From Amoeboaphelidium protococcarum X5 (lineage: Eukaryota > Fungi > Aphelidiomycota), in assembly GCA_023515725.1 (NCBI GenBank), contig JALDTO010000154.1, positions 124,001-188,000 on the forward strand: a stretch of 64,000 nucleotides of DNA, read 5' to 3'. This document shows positions 28,234-41,600 of the stretch, piece after piece. A program made the translations under genes and the position numbers. Positions within the stretch are counted from its first letter, which is position 1. Each line of letters starts with the position of its first letter. A model generated the notes under the pieces. The model ran no database searches. It was not told the origin of the DNA and saw nothing but the letters and a program-made list of their open reading frames with translations.

Positions 28234-28365
28234 ATACAATGACGATGAGGTAAATACAGTAACTTACCATATGACTGGGATATTTTCTTTCTATTGAAGA
28301 GTTCAAAACTTTTTATCATGCTTTAAAAACTCATATCTATTCACTTTAACTTTTCCAGTATACCA

Positions 28366-30414
28366 TCAAATTGAATCAAGAGGCTCAAAGTTCTCGGGTA
28401 GAATATCGTAACGCTCGAGTACGCGTATCGCACCATTCAGTATATTGCGTCCAAGTTCCACATTGCCTGAATGAGGACCATGAATCTAAGGAGGCCGCCT
28501 GCTTTTCATTGCAATGCTTATACGAGTGGCGCTTCCACCAAGAGGTACAATTTCAGCTCTGAACAAACTAAGCAAATATAAGAATTCTTTATACTTGACG
28601 CCTTTGCCTCCTTTGGTAGAACCGTCCGTAATCTGGCAGAGTGTAAACATTTCATCAGCAGAGAAGATTACTGGCGCATCTTAGGCGAATTGAGAACTTA
28701 AGGTGAACGCGTAATCTTTACTCGCTCTCAAGTTGTTGCACCTCTCTTTTCTAACATTAAAATACTGTATAGATCCAGAACTGAGAGGTGGAGGATCTTG
28801 CGGCAAATGTTATTCTTAAAGTGATCCACCATCTTACTAGACCTTATCGTCACGCGCATCATACTCAACATCTTCATCTAAACTGAAGTTTAATTCATTC
28901 TTATACGCAGGATCTATGAAAGCTTCACGAACAAGTCCTTTATCATCATGCTCTTATGACTGTTATATTCCGTCCAGTTAAAGCTATTCGATCTTTTGCT
29001 GCAATCTAATGTCTTAATCCCATGTACTAGTCTAAGATATAGAAGAATCCTCCTGGCTTATAGAAAACTCATCCGATATTATCAATTTTTCATGAGGAAT
29101 ATCCTGTTCTTTTAAACCATATTTTTGAACCAGCTGATTAATATTTGCCAATACGCGCACACTAAACTCCTTAAATATCTCTTGTGTCGGCAAAACAAAA
29201 TCAAACTCTCGACGATGGAATAGATAAGGTCTAATAGAAATCAGCTGCCTAGCTCTATGCATATAAATCGCCTACCTAGTGGTTTCAAAGTACTCATCAA
29301 TAAATCGATCAATAGCGATTTGTAGGCGATCATCAGAAGCAAATTACGAGGTAGCGATGCTACTCGAAGTGCTTGAGGACGCTCTACTGCCTCTTCCCAA
29401 TAGCCGTCGAGAAGTGTTCAGTTGCTGCTTTCTTAGTATGGCCTTATATATCTTTTTCACTTCTTCAACATATACGCGATTAACGGCAACAGCAGGGAAT
29501 AATATCTAGTGCAATTACAAGTAAGCGATGATGAATTCTACAGTCACGGAGAATTGGCGTGTCAACTCAGTACTATGCGGACCTTCACCTCTCATCAATT
29601 TAATGGCGGCACTGATAGATCTGCGGACAAGATTTATATCGAAAAGATCCAAGCTCCCTAGAGCACCCACCACCTGCCTCAAAGCTTCGTGTTCAATCGA
29701 GTAGGCATCCAACTGCGCCTATACCAAACGCTCATCTTCATCTCTAGATTCCCCACCATAAGCAGGTCCAAGCATCTACGAGAAATCGTTGATTTTAAGG
29801 CGAAGATCTATCTCATTTCTGCGCAACGTATTAAGACTCTTACCAATAAGTACCACAATATTCGTGACCAGATTGTAAATATGTCCCCTAGAGAGGCGGC
29901 CATCCAACATCGCCTCCAACGCGACATCGAAGAAGGACATTAACGCTATGGCCGCTGGATACTACAACATAAACTGGAGTTGGTTGGCGATGCTCTTGAT
30001 ACGTAGCATGAGATCCACATCTGGCCTCTTTCCTTTCAAGTGTAGTTGTAGGTGTCTATCAATACCCAGAATGTGATCAGAAAACGTTTACTTATCATTG
30101 ATCATTGGCCTTATGAAGTTCATCGTAGATATCAGATACTCGTGTGTGAAATGATATCCATCAAGCACACGCTTTTGCACATCCAAAACATCAATGTAAT
30201 CCGGGTTATACGTGGCAAGCAGAGCATTGTCCGTCTGCATGAACTGGAATTCACATTTTTCATCATCTTGTGCGTTATTTTACCTCTGCGCATAAGGATT
30301 CCTGCCCTTTTTCCCCTTGTTGGATGATGATGACTTCTTCTTTGATCCTCCCGCACTAACGGTATCAGACAATATCAGAAGGATTGTAAAAGCAACAACA
30401 AGAGCTAAATTCAT
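28366..30414 (-). CDS. Secreted 682-aa protein with C-terminal HicA-like (dsRBD-fold RNase) domain, candidate effector
   Basis: Signal peptide MNLALVVAFTILLILSDTVSA, then basic patch GGSKKKSSSSNKGKKGR. Uninterrupted frame to TGA. C-terminus VKYKEFLYLLSLFRAEIVPLGGSATRI...IHGPHSG..LG...GAIRVLERYDILPENF. Confidence 0.6.
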
Positions 30415-30681
30415 TGAATTCTATTGTAACGCGACAAATTATCTTTAAGAACAGTGCATAGTAGAGTTTAATGGCCCCCATAGAAATCGCGCTTTAAAGT
30501 ATTCATTGCCCCTTTGATTAAGGGGTTCACCAGTGCCCCGTGTCAGCACCGAGTGTCATCTTGTTTCATCTTTTCAGCTAAAATTTCAAAAAAAATACAA
30601 TATAGAGTTAATTACAATTGTTTCGTTTTCTCTAATATTTCGTACTTGCCGTTGCCCACACAACTGTGTCCATCAATTTGC

Positions 30682-30695
30682 GTTGCCATGGTAAC
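30682..30695. promoter_or_regulatory. RFX X-box-like palindrome GTTGCCATGGTAAC
   Basis: One mismatch from canonical GTTGCCATGGCAAC, about 135 bp upstream of ATG30832 in a divergent promoter. Confidence 0.5.
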
Positions 30696-30831
30696 ACATA
30701 TGCATAGTTGAAGATGGATATTTTTGTACTTCTTTCACTAACTTCAATTGCACTCTGACAAGACATATATTCTGTAATAAGCGATACAACTTGATTAAAT
30801 TCATTCTTTAGCTGTAAGGTATTCGATCAAA

Positions 30832-33639
30832 ATGGCTGTATTTCTCGCATCATTGCTGTGGTTGCTAATGACATGTGGCCTATATGTACTTGGTCAGTCA
30901 AACTTTGCTCCGATTGGTCAATTGCCGTACTATTCTGGCATTTACACTGCTGGTGTTTTGAGGGACTTATCTGTGCACAATAATACAGTGTACTTGGTGA
31001 CCTCTTTTAGCTCTTTACTGCGCTATCGACTGCCTGATGATCTTGCTCAGTCAAAAACTACATCGTTTGATTCACCTTATTTTCTGTATGTATCTCAAAA
31101 TCCGGTAACATCTGTGGTAATTTTATCACCGTAGAGACTAAGTAATAATGTGACGGCTGAGCTTTATTGCATGACTACAGGCGGTAATTTTATCCAAGTA
31201 CCTAATCAATGTCCATTAAGAAGTCCATTTTAGACGTTTGGCCAGCTGCCGCCCAACTCTCATCAGCTCACCGCGCTGGTTGGTTATGAGAAGAATCCTG
31301 TGAAGATTTTGAACGAGTCCGCTGTCGTTGATACTATCCAGATTGAGTCGGGAGTCAGGTCTCTAGGCTTGCAAGATCAGTTTATGTATGCTGCCACCGA
31401 TAATGGAGCTGTGTTTATACGGCGCGACGACTCTTCGGCTAATCAGCTCGGTGGTTTGACTACTAGTATTAAAATGAGATGTCCATTAAACTAAACTCTG
31501 GACTCCGTATCAGTCAGCTCTGTATTCTCAGTGTTTGCATGCTATTCTAGTTAGGAAAATATGACGTACGTATTCGTGCAGAATATGACTAGTTATCGCT
31601 TTGAGTATACACCTTAGCCGATTGATGGCGAGTATGTCGCTCGGTTTCCTGTACGTAACATTGGTGTCGTGGCTTTGAATAACCAATTTTTGATAATTGG
31701 GTAAAATGGGACGATTTACCGCTGCCGAAGCTCCACTTGTTTTAAGACTGGTTCGTATGATGATGGCGTTGAATCCGTTCTTTCCGCCAAGACTTGTATT
31801 CCATACTTGAATGGAAGGAATGTAATTGCACATAAAGAGTACGCGTTGATCCCGTGCTTCAATGGCTCCGTAATCGCATATGATCCTACTCTTATGAGAG
31901 TGGAAGCCCTTTTTGTCGTGGGTGGCTCAGTAAATTAAGTTGGAGATATTGATGCCGTGAAGTTGGTAGTCTCTCGTATTACCTCTCCAGGATCGGTCGC
32001 GTATAACAAAGATCTTTTATTCTACGGAGCAAGTAATGGCTCAACGTTCATTTTTAACATGCCACAAGTAAATGCTCAGTAAGTGGCCAAGGTTGTGGAT
32101 TATTCCAGGTGTAGTCAATCACAATTATCTTGTGGATTTGGTAGCGCGTAACTGAATTGTACACTGGCCAACTACCTGGATTATAATGTGTATAGTTTGA
32201 AAGTCGCCCCTACTCTTTCTGCTTCAGACGTATCAAGCACTATTTCCCCTACAAGCACAATGTTCTAGTAAACACCGACCCCAACTTTTGTCTATTCTGG
32301 AAAAGTTAGTCAAGGATCAGGATTTGTAAATGTCAACCGTAGCTCTGACGCTGTGTCACTTTATTCCAGTAATAGTTCGGTAGTGTATGGAGCGTCTATC
32401 GGACAATTTTTGTTTCTGCTGGATAAGCTGTATGGGGTGGAGTCTAATGATAGCATCACGGGAAATAAAACATTCGATTATGTCAGCGGAGGAGTGATCA
32501 CCCGCATTAATGTCAACAACGCGTCGGACACTGTTTAACTGTCATTGAATAACTCTGGATTTGTGTTTATTGATAGCTACTTCTATTAGAGTGATGGGAA
32601 GACATATCTGGCTGCATTGGACGTAGCTGGTAACGCTTTATTCATCTAGCCTGGCAATATGAATTTGGCTTTTCAATTTTCAATTGGTCATCTATCACCG
32701 CAGTTGCTGATTGACGGGCGCAAGTAGATTGCTGAACTTACAAGCTCTGCTTTTTATTATTTTGGTCAATTCAATGTCAGCGGTGGATTTATTGCATCTG
32801 ATAATTTCAGCAAGTACCGCGCAGGGTCTTTTATTACGGCACAAGCCGCGGGTCCTAACATGAACAGTGAAGTGGCACCGTACAATCCTATAAATGGACA
32901 GCCGTAGTCAACATCATTTGGATTTATTTAAAGTCAGAGTAGACTGCTTCTGCTCTCTTAAGGAGTGTTGTATTTCATTCCGGACATCATTTAGTAGAGA
33001 ACAATATCTGGAAATCTGGTAGCTACGCCTGTGCAGGTGCCGTTTAAAGTGATTAATTTTGTCAAAAGTGGAAGCACGTCTGATATTCTTGTATTAACCT
33101 CATCTGGTCCATACACTGTACCTGTTTAGAATTTTGGGAATAATTAAGAGGTTGACTCTACTATTTATACGCCGTTCTAACTTGCCACCAATGTGACTGG
33201 TTTATTTCAGTATGATGGCCAACTCATTGCTTATGACATGACAAGCAATCAGGCTTTAGTAACAGCAAAGGATAAATCCAATCTTAGGTACGTGCTGAAA
33301 TTCCAGAAAATTAATGGTAACTTTTAGATGAAAGGTTACGCTTCTCTTGGCTATAAATAAATTGATCCCACCCTGTTGCTGTTTACCAGTACGGCCGAAG
33401 TGGTGTGCTTTGACAGTGAGTGCCTACATTATAATGGTACTTACGCTTAGTGGCAAGTTCAGCTGGGTCCTGGAAAGGTTTACAATACATAATCACTGAC
33501 AACTCAATCATAGTTAAATGACACAGTGATTGAATTGACAAAGTCTATGGTACGCTGGTTCAAATCTGGCGCGCAGTGTAGGATGTCCTACGATTTAAGC
33601 AACTTTATCTACATTGCTCTCACGTTGCTTTTTGTTTGA
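30832..33639 (+). CDS. Large secreted or GPI-anchored beta-rich surface protein (~935 aa), unknown family
   Basis: Signal peptide MAVFLASLLWLLMTCGLYVLG, many NxS/T sequons, beta-strand-rich, central S/T/P linker, hydrophobic C-terminus NFIYIALTLLFV*. Track ORFs 30832, 31300 and 32353 share its frame. Confidence 0.75.
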
Positions 33640-33774
33640 ACAATGATGGTGAACTAAAAATGAATGTTATAGAATAAAGGGTAATTATAAATTCAAAGTA
33701 TTTAATTTCAAATAAACATACATCAATTTATTATCAACCAACAACAATTATATACCATAAATATAATAAGGCAG

Positions 33775-35988
33775 TCACAAATCTTGCTCCAGTTCCTATT
33801 GCAGACGCTTCTTCTCCGCTTATAAGGTCTTGCTCTAGTCGGAAGCAAACGCAAATCCACCGAAAAATAATTGCAATACAGAATATAGAATGGTAAGTAT
33901 CTTACTGGCCAAGTTATTCCAAGTACCAACGGGTATATTTGATAGACCACCAGTGCTTGCCGCAAGTAGGAATATAGTGAATGCCAGTTAGAGCCCAGAA
34001 TCGAAGAACAGGTCCATAAAGACCAGCTTAGTGTTTCTCAAAGTCTTGGTCGCAATTCCAATTAATGTCTGATAGTAGGCAAAGAAGCAGAAAGGCAGAA
34101 TCAGCGGTGAATTGAATGTTACTGTTATCCACCCAGGCTGACGAAACTTTTGATTACAGAGACTGCCCACCAGGACGTACACTTTAAAGATTTCTTTGAT
34201 CGACGTGATGAGGCCACAAATGAGAGCAAGTACAAAAAATAGTACAGGATTTGCCCTATTACCGGCCGGCGCTAGTGTCTCCATGGGAATACTGCCAACG
34301 TAGACGGTGCAGTTGATTACACTCTGAGATGTGGAAGGAGGATTTCTGAGAGCTTCACTCAGACCAGACGGTGCTGACTTGTTTCGATCAAAGAGCATAC
34401 ACAGTTTGTTGCCACTCTGATCATTACAGACCATCCGAACTAACGGTTTAAACTGGCACTAGGATGGATCAGCAAAGTAATCGCTAATACAATTAGCAGA
34501 TTCAACATTCTGAGTCAACTAAATACGAGGGACAGAGGAACAGCTGGTAGTAGACACATTCTGAGGCAATGCGGACACATAATCGCAAGTCTAAGGATCA
34601 ATAAGACAGCCATGATATTCGCAGTTCGAGCTGTAAGAGAACATCTAATGATAGTAGTGCCTACCACTTAGGAACTAAGATTATTAGTTACTTTGACCAG
34701 ATTTCTATTGACTATAATCAGGAAACATTTAGGTAATGTCACTGAAGTAGTAATTGCTACTTTGGTCAGTCTGTAGGAAGGCTATTTTATTCATGAAATT
34801 TCCGCAAGTATCAGAACTCCAAGTGACGGATGGCTATCCATAAAATGAGCCATCTTGCTGACCATATCTCAATTTCTATTCTATGACTTCATACTGAAGC
34901 ATTTAAGAATAAAATTAATTAATCGAGGATGATATGAAATTGATAGTACCATACCATGAATAGCATCCGACAAGCCCAGAAATAAAAGTGAGGAGCACAT
35001 ACATTCTACGATGCTGACGTGCTTTATCCATCTTTTTCTCAAATTCTTTTTAATTTAATGGTGGAGAAGATGGGCCTTAAGCCGGAGCACTAGGTGCTGG
35101 CATCTGATTAAAGTTTTATCCCTTTGTGAGATTATCATCCACCTGTTACGTCCGACTAGAACTCTGAATTGCATCAGCATAGTTGGGAGGACTTTGTCCA
35201 AAATGATCGGAAGTAGCAAAACTATTCCGCATCATTGCAGGAGCAGATGGATTGACAGCACCATTCACATTATCAGGGTATTGATTTAGATCTTGGCCTG
35301 GTGCGGTGGCAAAGGAGTGAGAAGTGCTCATCCTGGCCTACATGGTCCCGGTCTTTTATTACTGCACAGATTAAGGTCTCGACTGCTATTACAACTATTG
35401 ATATTATTCCTGAGCATTGCCACCAACATCATTTGATTTAACACCAGCTGGCTCTCTAATCAATCCGGCAGGATTATAAGAAATTTGAGAGGGAACAGGA
35501 GCGGACGGAATGCCAGAATTAGTCCCAGGGGCCATGGAGCCAGACAAGGACTGCCTTGGCTGAGACATTGGAGTGACATTACCAAGGAGTATATTTTAAG
35601 GCATTAATGATGAGTCCTTCCTTGCCATAGAGCTCAGACTATCTCTTTGCTGCAGCTATCTCTACTAGTATTGCGCCTTCTTCTACAACTATTAGTGGAA
35701 TAGCCCAGGTGAAGTTTCATCTCCATCAGCAATGACAGCACCACTGCTCTTTGAATCTCTCCCGAAAGAGTAATCAGTCTGCAAGCCAACCATGGGAAGA
35801 ACCGATGTCGAGGCCATAAAACTTGCCTGAGTATTGCCAAAATTGCCATCATGATCATCATGTTCGAATGTAACTTCCACAGCCCTCGCATCATCACCGC
35901 CATCATCATGATCATCGCGGAAGATATCCATTTAACTAACCTGACTAGTCTTTTGCACCTGGCCATTCAAATCGGAACCTAAATTCAT
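33775..35988 (-). CDS. Uncharacterised multipass membrane protein with Cys-rich ectodomain (paralog X)
   Basis: One frame of 737 aa under TAR=Gln: low-complexity N-terminus, TM helix, Cys-rich loop, then several TM helices. Confidence 0.75.
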
Positions 35989-36306
35989 ACTTGTTTAAAC
36001 TGATATAAATATTAAGGCTAGCAAAAGATGAAATTTTGGAAAGTGATATGCTCAACAAGCACTATGCATAGAGCGTGAAACAATGGAGAGAAACAAGAGA
36101 GCAGTCGGTCAGTCAGCAAAGTAGCAATCAAACAAACGGCGGCGGTCATTGTTTGTGTCAACTCACAGAGTGCAGTTAAGTAGCGTAGCCTCTTACTGTA
36201 TCTGCGGTTTTCCCAAGTTTTTTTTATTCCAAATAGTTAACTAATATTTGACGTGTAATTTTTAGTGTTTTATACGAAAATCCCAGAGTATCTCATTGTT
36301 TCAAGA

Positions 36307-38118
36307 ATGGATATGTAACAGTAATAGCTGCGTAACAGACAGCCCAGCTCTGTCTACCGGCCTGAGGAGGCAAGTATGATCAGCGAAGTAAGTGCTTACC
36401 TTATTATGTCTTTATCAATATTATTTCTAATTTTAATTATCGCCCTATACGTATTGTGTAGATTGGAAACACTGTAGATCCACAGTATCAGACTCTTAGC
36501 AAGAAGCAGTAGTAGGAATAGTTAATTCAGGAAGACAGTGCTGAACAGAAGCAACTGAAGAAGATGAAACTACAAGCATTAAAGTCTCAAGTTGTATAGC
36601 TTACTGCTCTGGTGTCCCTAGTGAATGGATTACGTTTTCTATGTATGGTGCTGACCATAATGCAGTTATTTCCTGGGTTTGGGAAGCTAGACATTATTTC
36701 GTCTTACTTTGCTGGTGGAAATAACTTTCAGAGTGCACTGGGGGATTCCTCTGCTTCCCAGGGAACTGTGTTCTACTCTGACTGTGATGGTGTCGTACCT
36801 GAAACTTATCATCGTGTGTACACCGGATCTGATGGTTTTTCGTACAATAAATCTTATGTCCAGTTTAATGTCACGGCTGCTGTGCCCAAGTGCCAACTGT
36901 CTGGGTGTCTCTTGGATTTGGAGAATATGACTTTAATTTCCAATGTCTCTTCTCCTTCTACGTCATGCAAACTTCCTCAAGATGGTCTGTATAAAAACAG
37001 TTACATGATGAAATGTATGCTGACTGGTGGCTATAGATCGTCTTACGCTTAAATGTTCAGTCTCTGCTTGGGGCCGAATGGATAATCTGGTCAATAGTTC
37101 TTGAATGGGCAATTCTTTTCATAGCTGTGCATGTAGAATACTAGCACTGCTCTATCTGAACAGAAGGAGGCATTTGTATTCAGGTCCTCGCGACTACTGT
37201 ATTATATCCCTTTTATTTAGCGATTCAGCTAATCTGCTGGTGTTATAAGTTCATCCATGATTTTGACGGATAGCAGTATATTCTCTGCCACACTGTATTA
37301 GCCTGGCTATTTTAATTAATGGTATAACAGTTATAACAATTTTGGATCTTACATTCGAGCCAACCCGTAAGAAGCTCTGTTTCCTCTCTACCGCAGCGTG
37401 AGATACGCAGTGTATCCGCAAACTTGGGCTGGGAATATAAGTGATGTTTTCAAGACATCATTCTGGAATTTCATGGTCAGTGTGGATAGTCATGCTATCT
37501 AGTGCTAGACTATATCGCCTTCAGGTAACTGGACTGATTACAAACCGCCTGTTTCGAATGCTATTAACAGTTTTGGAGATGATACAATGTACACTAACTC
37601 TCTGACATCATTAAGAATACTATTAGTGTCCTGCTTAGTCGTGTTTGCATCCAATGTGTTGTTGGAGGTGGTGAAAGTACTTATTTTACTGTTTAGTTTA
37701 TGCAGCAAAATGGCCAGAAATCCCAAGACTATGATTTTTGCTATTGATTCTCCGATGATGCTGTTGTTTTTGTTTGCTCCATATTATAGGACAATGTGTC
37801 TTTATGCAATGCAGGTAGGGTTATCATATTTGAAGAATCTTGCAACATATATCGTTCATTTATGATCTTACTCGTGTGTAGAAGAGGAATCCAAGATATA
37901 GAACAGTCCCTGAATTCTTTATTGTGCATTGCTTTGAGTTTTTCATGATCACAGCATCATATATTGTTTATGGCCCTTTAAGCGATTTGATTAAAGGCTA
38001 TTTGGCTTTGTGTGTGTCTACTATCGTGGTTAATTTTGCCACAATCTGTTGGCATTGCCTGCAGGCGATGGAAGTTGACAGATCAGTTATCAATAAGAAG
38101 CTCATTGAATTATTTTGA
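36307..38118 (+). CDS. Uncharacterised multipass membrane protein with Cys-rich ectodomain (paralog Y)
   Basis: Introns 36388-36461 and 37815-37881 (both GT..GTGTAG) join the track ORFs in frame. Shares E..KV..L..SLC...R.P...SP..L.F.F..YY.T and GCL.D motifs with the gene at 33775-35988. Confidence 0.75.
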
Positions 38119-38416
38119 AATTTACTTGAATGCCCCCGATATGAATATAATAATAGAAGAAGCTATTACTGAAAGATTAGATCAGTCATAATTCTTTTAC
38201 GTTGGGAGTAAAAAGGCATATCACGTTACCAGATTGAGATGAAAATCACGGATCCGTATGTGGGAGAGTTAAAACTAAATAACATCGTGCACTGAAAGGC
38301 TACAACACGAGATTAATCAATAGCTATATTCACCCAATAAGTTATCGGATTTTCGCAGTGTTCTATGCTTATAGTTTAAACAATGAATGTTCCAATCATA
38401 AAATTTTACAAAATCA

Positions 38417-38503
38417 GTTTCACAAATTTGTGCGACTGAAACGAGGCTGAAACAGTGATTCGACTGAAATGGCAACTGGTCAATCAGCGACGGCCGATGA
38501 AAC
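38417..38503. promoter_or_regulatory. Cluster of TGAAAC motifs upstream of the ABCC gene
   Basis: GTTTCA 38417, TGAAAC 38437, TGAAACA 38448, TGAAAT 38465, TGAAAC 38498. Confidence 0.35.
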
Positions 38504-38643
38504 GAAATCGATCAGTTTTGTTGCCAATTTGGGAAATCCATCTTTCATTCCTCTTCCATCACAGTGTGAACTAATTTTAACTCTTATCGACGATTACAAG
38601 CATCTCATATCGCAAATAATCTCTCAAGCTTATTGTGAATTCA

Positions 38644-41600
38644 ATGTCTGCTCAACCATCTGCGAATAATGGTGGCGTGCATAAGCTTGAAGTTGTGCAC
38701 CCGGATCAAGTCACTAGTTCTGTAGGTGGCAACGGGAAAGATAAGAAATCAGCCATCAAATTGAAAGGCTCATGGTTTCTCTCTGACTGGCTGTTTCTGT
38801 TCGTTTACAGTATTGGTCATAAGGCTCGTCATGTTGCTTCATTCAAGAGCATCTATTACAGTCTGTCCTCTAAGGAGTAGGCTCGCTTGAATGCCGATGA
38901 CATGGAGAAGGCTTGGAATCATCAAGTCTCCGTGTGGAAGTCTAGTGACCCAAAGACCAGAGGTGAGCATCCCTCTGTGCTTAAGGCTCTGGTTGAAGTT
39001 TATGGTGGGTATTACGCGCTGATTGGTATTTGGAAATTGCTTTGGGCGGCCTTCACCTGGTTGGGTGCGTATTACTTTCTGAAGCAGACGATTGCCTTTG
39101 TCGCATCTAATCAAGACATCAGTGTTGGTCATTACTGGGCTATTGCTGTTTTGATATCTGCTCTGTTGTCCTCTATAGCTATTCATCAGCTATACGCTGA
39201 ATGTAATCGAGTTGCTATCCGTGTCCAGGCTGCACTCTCGTCTCTGATATACCGAAAATCTTTGAGATTGAGTCGTATCCCTGGTGGTGCTGGTGAGGTC
39301 ATCAATCTGCTCAATACTGATTTGCAGCGTGTTGTGGATGGTGTCTGCAATTTCCATTTCTTATGGTCTGCTTTCCTGGAAACTGCAGCTATTATTGCAA
39401 TCACTTTCTACGAGATTGGCGTCTCTGCTGTGCCAGCCCTGATTATGATTCTATTGCTATTGCCGATTCAAATGTATTTGGGTAGCAAGCAGTTTAATTT
39501 GAACAAGTAATAGACTCGAATCACTACGGAGAGAGTCCACATCATGTCTGAGATCTTGACTGCGATTAAACTGATTAAGTTTTATGCTTGGGAGAAGCCG
39601 TTCACCAAGAAGATCAGTGAGTTGCGTGAGCAGGAGATGAGCCTCATCTATCAGGGTATGATTGCAAGAACTATCAACTTTTGTGTTGTGTTCTCAGTGC
39701 CTGTGTTGGCGGCCCTGTGTTCTCTTGGTATGTACGTTGGGCTTGGGAATAAGCTTACTGCTGCTGTCTCTTTTGCAGTCTTGTCTGTGCTGAACACTTT
39801 ACGTTATCCTTTCTTCATGCTTCCTATGGCAGTGAGAGGTACCGTCGGTACAATCAATGCTACGAATAAGATGGGACAGTTTCTCGTGCTGGATGAAGTT
39901 GAAGGATTGAAGATTACCAAGCAGGAGAAGAGTGATGATAACGACAATCTGGCGTTCAAGATCGACAATTCTGACTTCAAGTGGGATGGCTCTGATGGTG
40001 ACAAGCCAACTTTGAAAAACATTAATTTGAAGGCCAAGAAAGGTTAAAAAGTGGCTATCATTGGTGATGTTGGCTCTGGTAAGTCTTCCCTTATCTCTGC
40101 TCTGCTTGGTGAGATTCGTCAGGTAGGTGGCCAGAAATTGGAAGTGTATGGTACAACATCTTATGCTAGTTAGGAGCCATGGCTGTTGAATGACACTTTG
40201 AGATCAAATGTTCTGTTTGGTATGCAGTATGACAAAAAGAAGTACAAGGAGACTATCAGAGTCTGTGCTCTTCAGCGTGATTTGACTTTGTTGATTGCTG
40301 GTGATTTGACAGAGATTGCTGAACGTGGTGCTAATTTATCTGGTGGTTAGCGTCAGCGTGTTAATTTGGCTCGTGCTATCCATCATGATTGTGAAATTAT
40401 CTTGCTTGATGATCCTCTATCTGCTGTGGATTAGCATGTAGGCTCTCACATTTTCAACGAATGTTTCATGAAGCACTGCAAGAGTAAGACTATGGTTGTG
40501 TCTCTGCATTAGCTGCAATACTTGAAGGACTTTGACTGGGTCGTCATGATGAAAGATGGCGAGATTGAGACACAGGGCTCTTACGAGAGTCTCATGTCGG
40601 AATCCTCAGAGTTTAAGCGTCTCATCCAGAGTCACGTTGCTGAAGCTTCAGCTGAAGGTGTGGATGATGAAGCTGAGGTGTTGAATCAGGATGACTTTGA
40701 AATTCCTGATGAAGATAAACCTAGCAAGGCATAGTCTTCTCTAAAGCCGGCTGCTCCAAAGTCTCTCGAGGTCCTAGTTGACAAGTCTCGTGGTAAGGAC
40801 AAGGCAAACTCGCAATTATCTCTGCAGGATATCCACCAGTTGAGTGTCCGCAAGAATGTTGAGTTGAATGATGAGACAGTGTCCAATCTGATCGAGAAAC
40901 ATCAGAGAAGTGTCCTGCGTGGTGGAGCCAATTTCCATCATGATGTCAACAGAACGATCTAGGCGAATGAGTTGTCCATCTTCACTATGACTTAGGGCGA
41001 TTTCGATGAGGAGGCTCTAGCTCTGGAGCGTGGTAAATTGGTCAAGGAAGATGTTAGTGCTAATAAGGCTGGCTTTGGTGATTTCGTCACTTATGCAAAG
41101 TCTGCTTGGGGATAGTTCACCTTTTACAACATTGCCATCTTTTTCTTCCTGGTCCATGGTGTCAGAATTGCATCTGATTATTGGTTGAGATTGTGGGTTC
41201 CTCGTGTCGGTGGCTTCTCTGATGCGGTGTATATTGGTGTCTATGGTGCGTCTTGTGTGCTCTTTTCCGTTGGTGTCTTCTTGCGTGGATACTTCTTTAG
41301 TAAGCAGACGAGAGCCAAGAGTATTGCGTTGCATAAGGCCCTTTTCCACAGTGTGATGAGAGCGCCTATGAGCTTTTTCGACTCCACTCCTCTCGGTAGA
41401 ATCTTGTCCGCGTTTTCCAAGCATCTCCTGCTGGTTGATGATATTGTGCCTGATGCAATGTTGCAAGCTCTGCAGTACATTCCTCTGGGTCTCGGTGCTC
41501 TCATTCTCCCAGCTGCTATTGTACCATTTGTCTGGGCCCCAGCTATTGGTCTTTGTATCATTGCTTCACTAGTTGTCTATTACTCTGCACCAGCTGAGAA

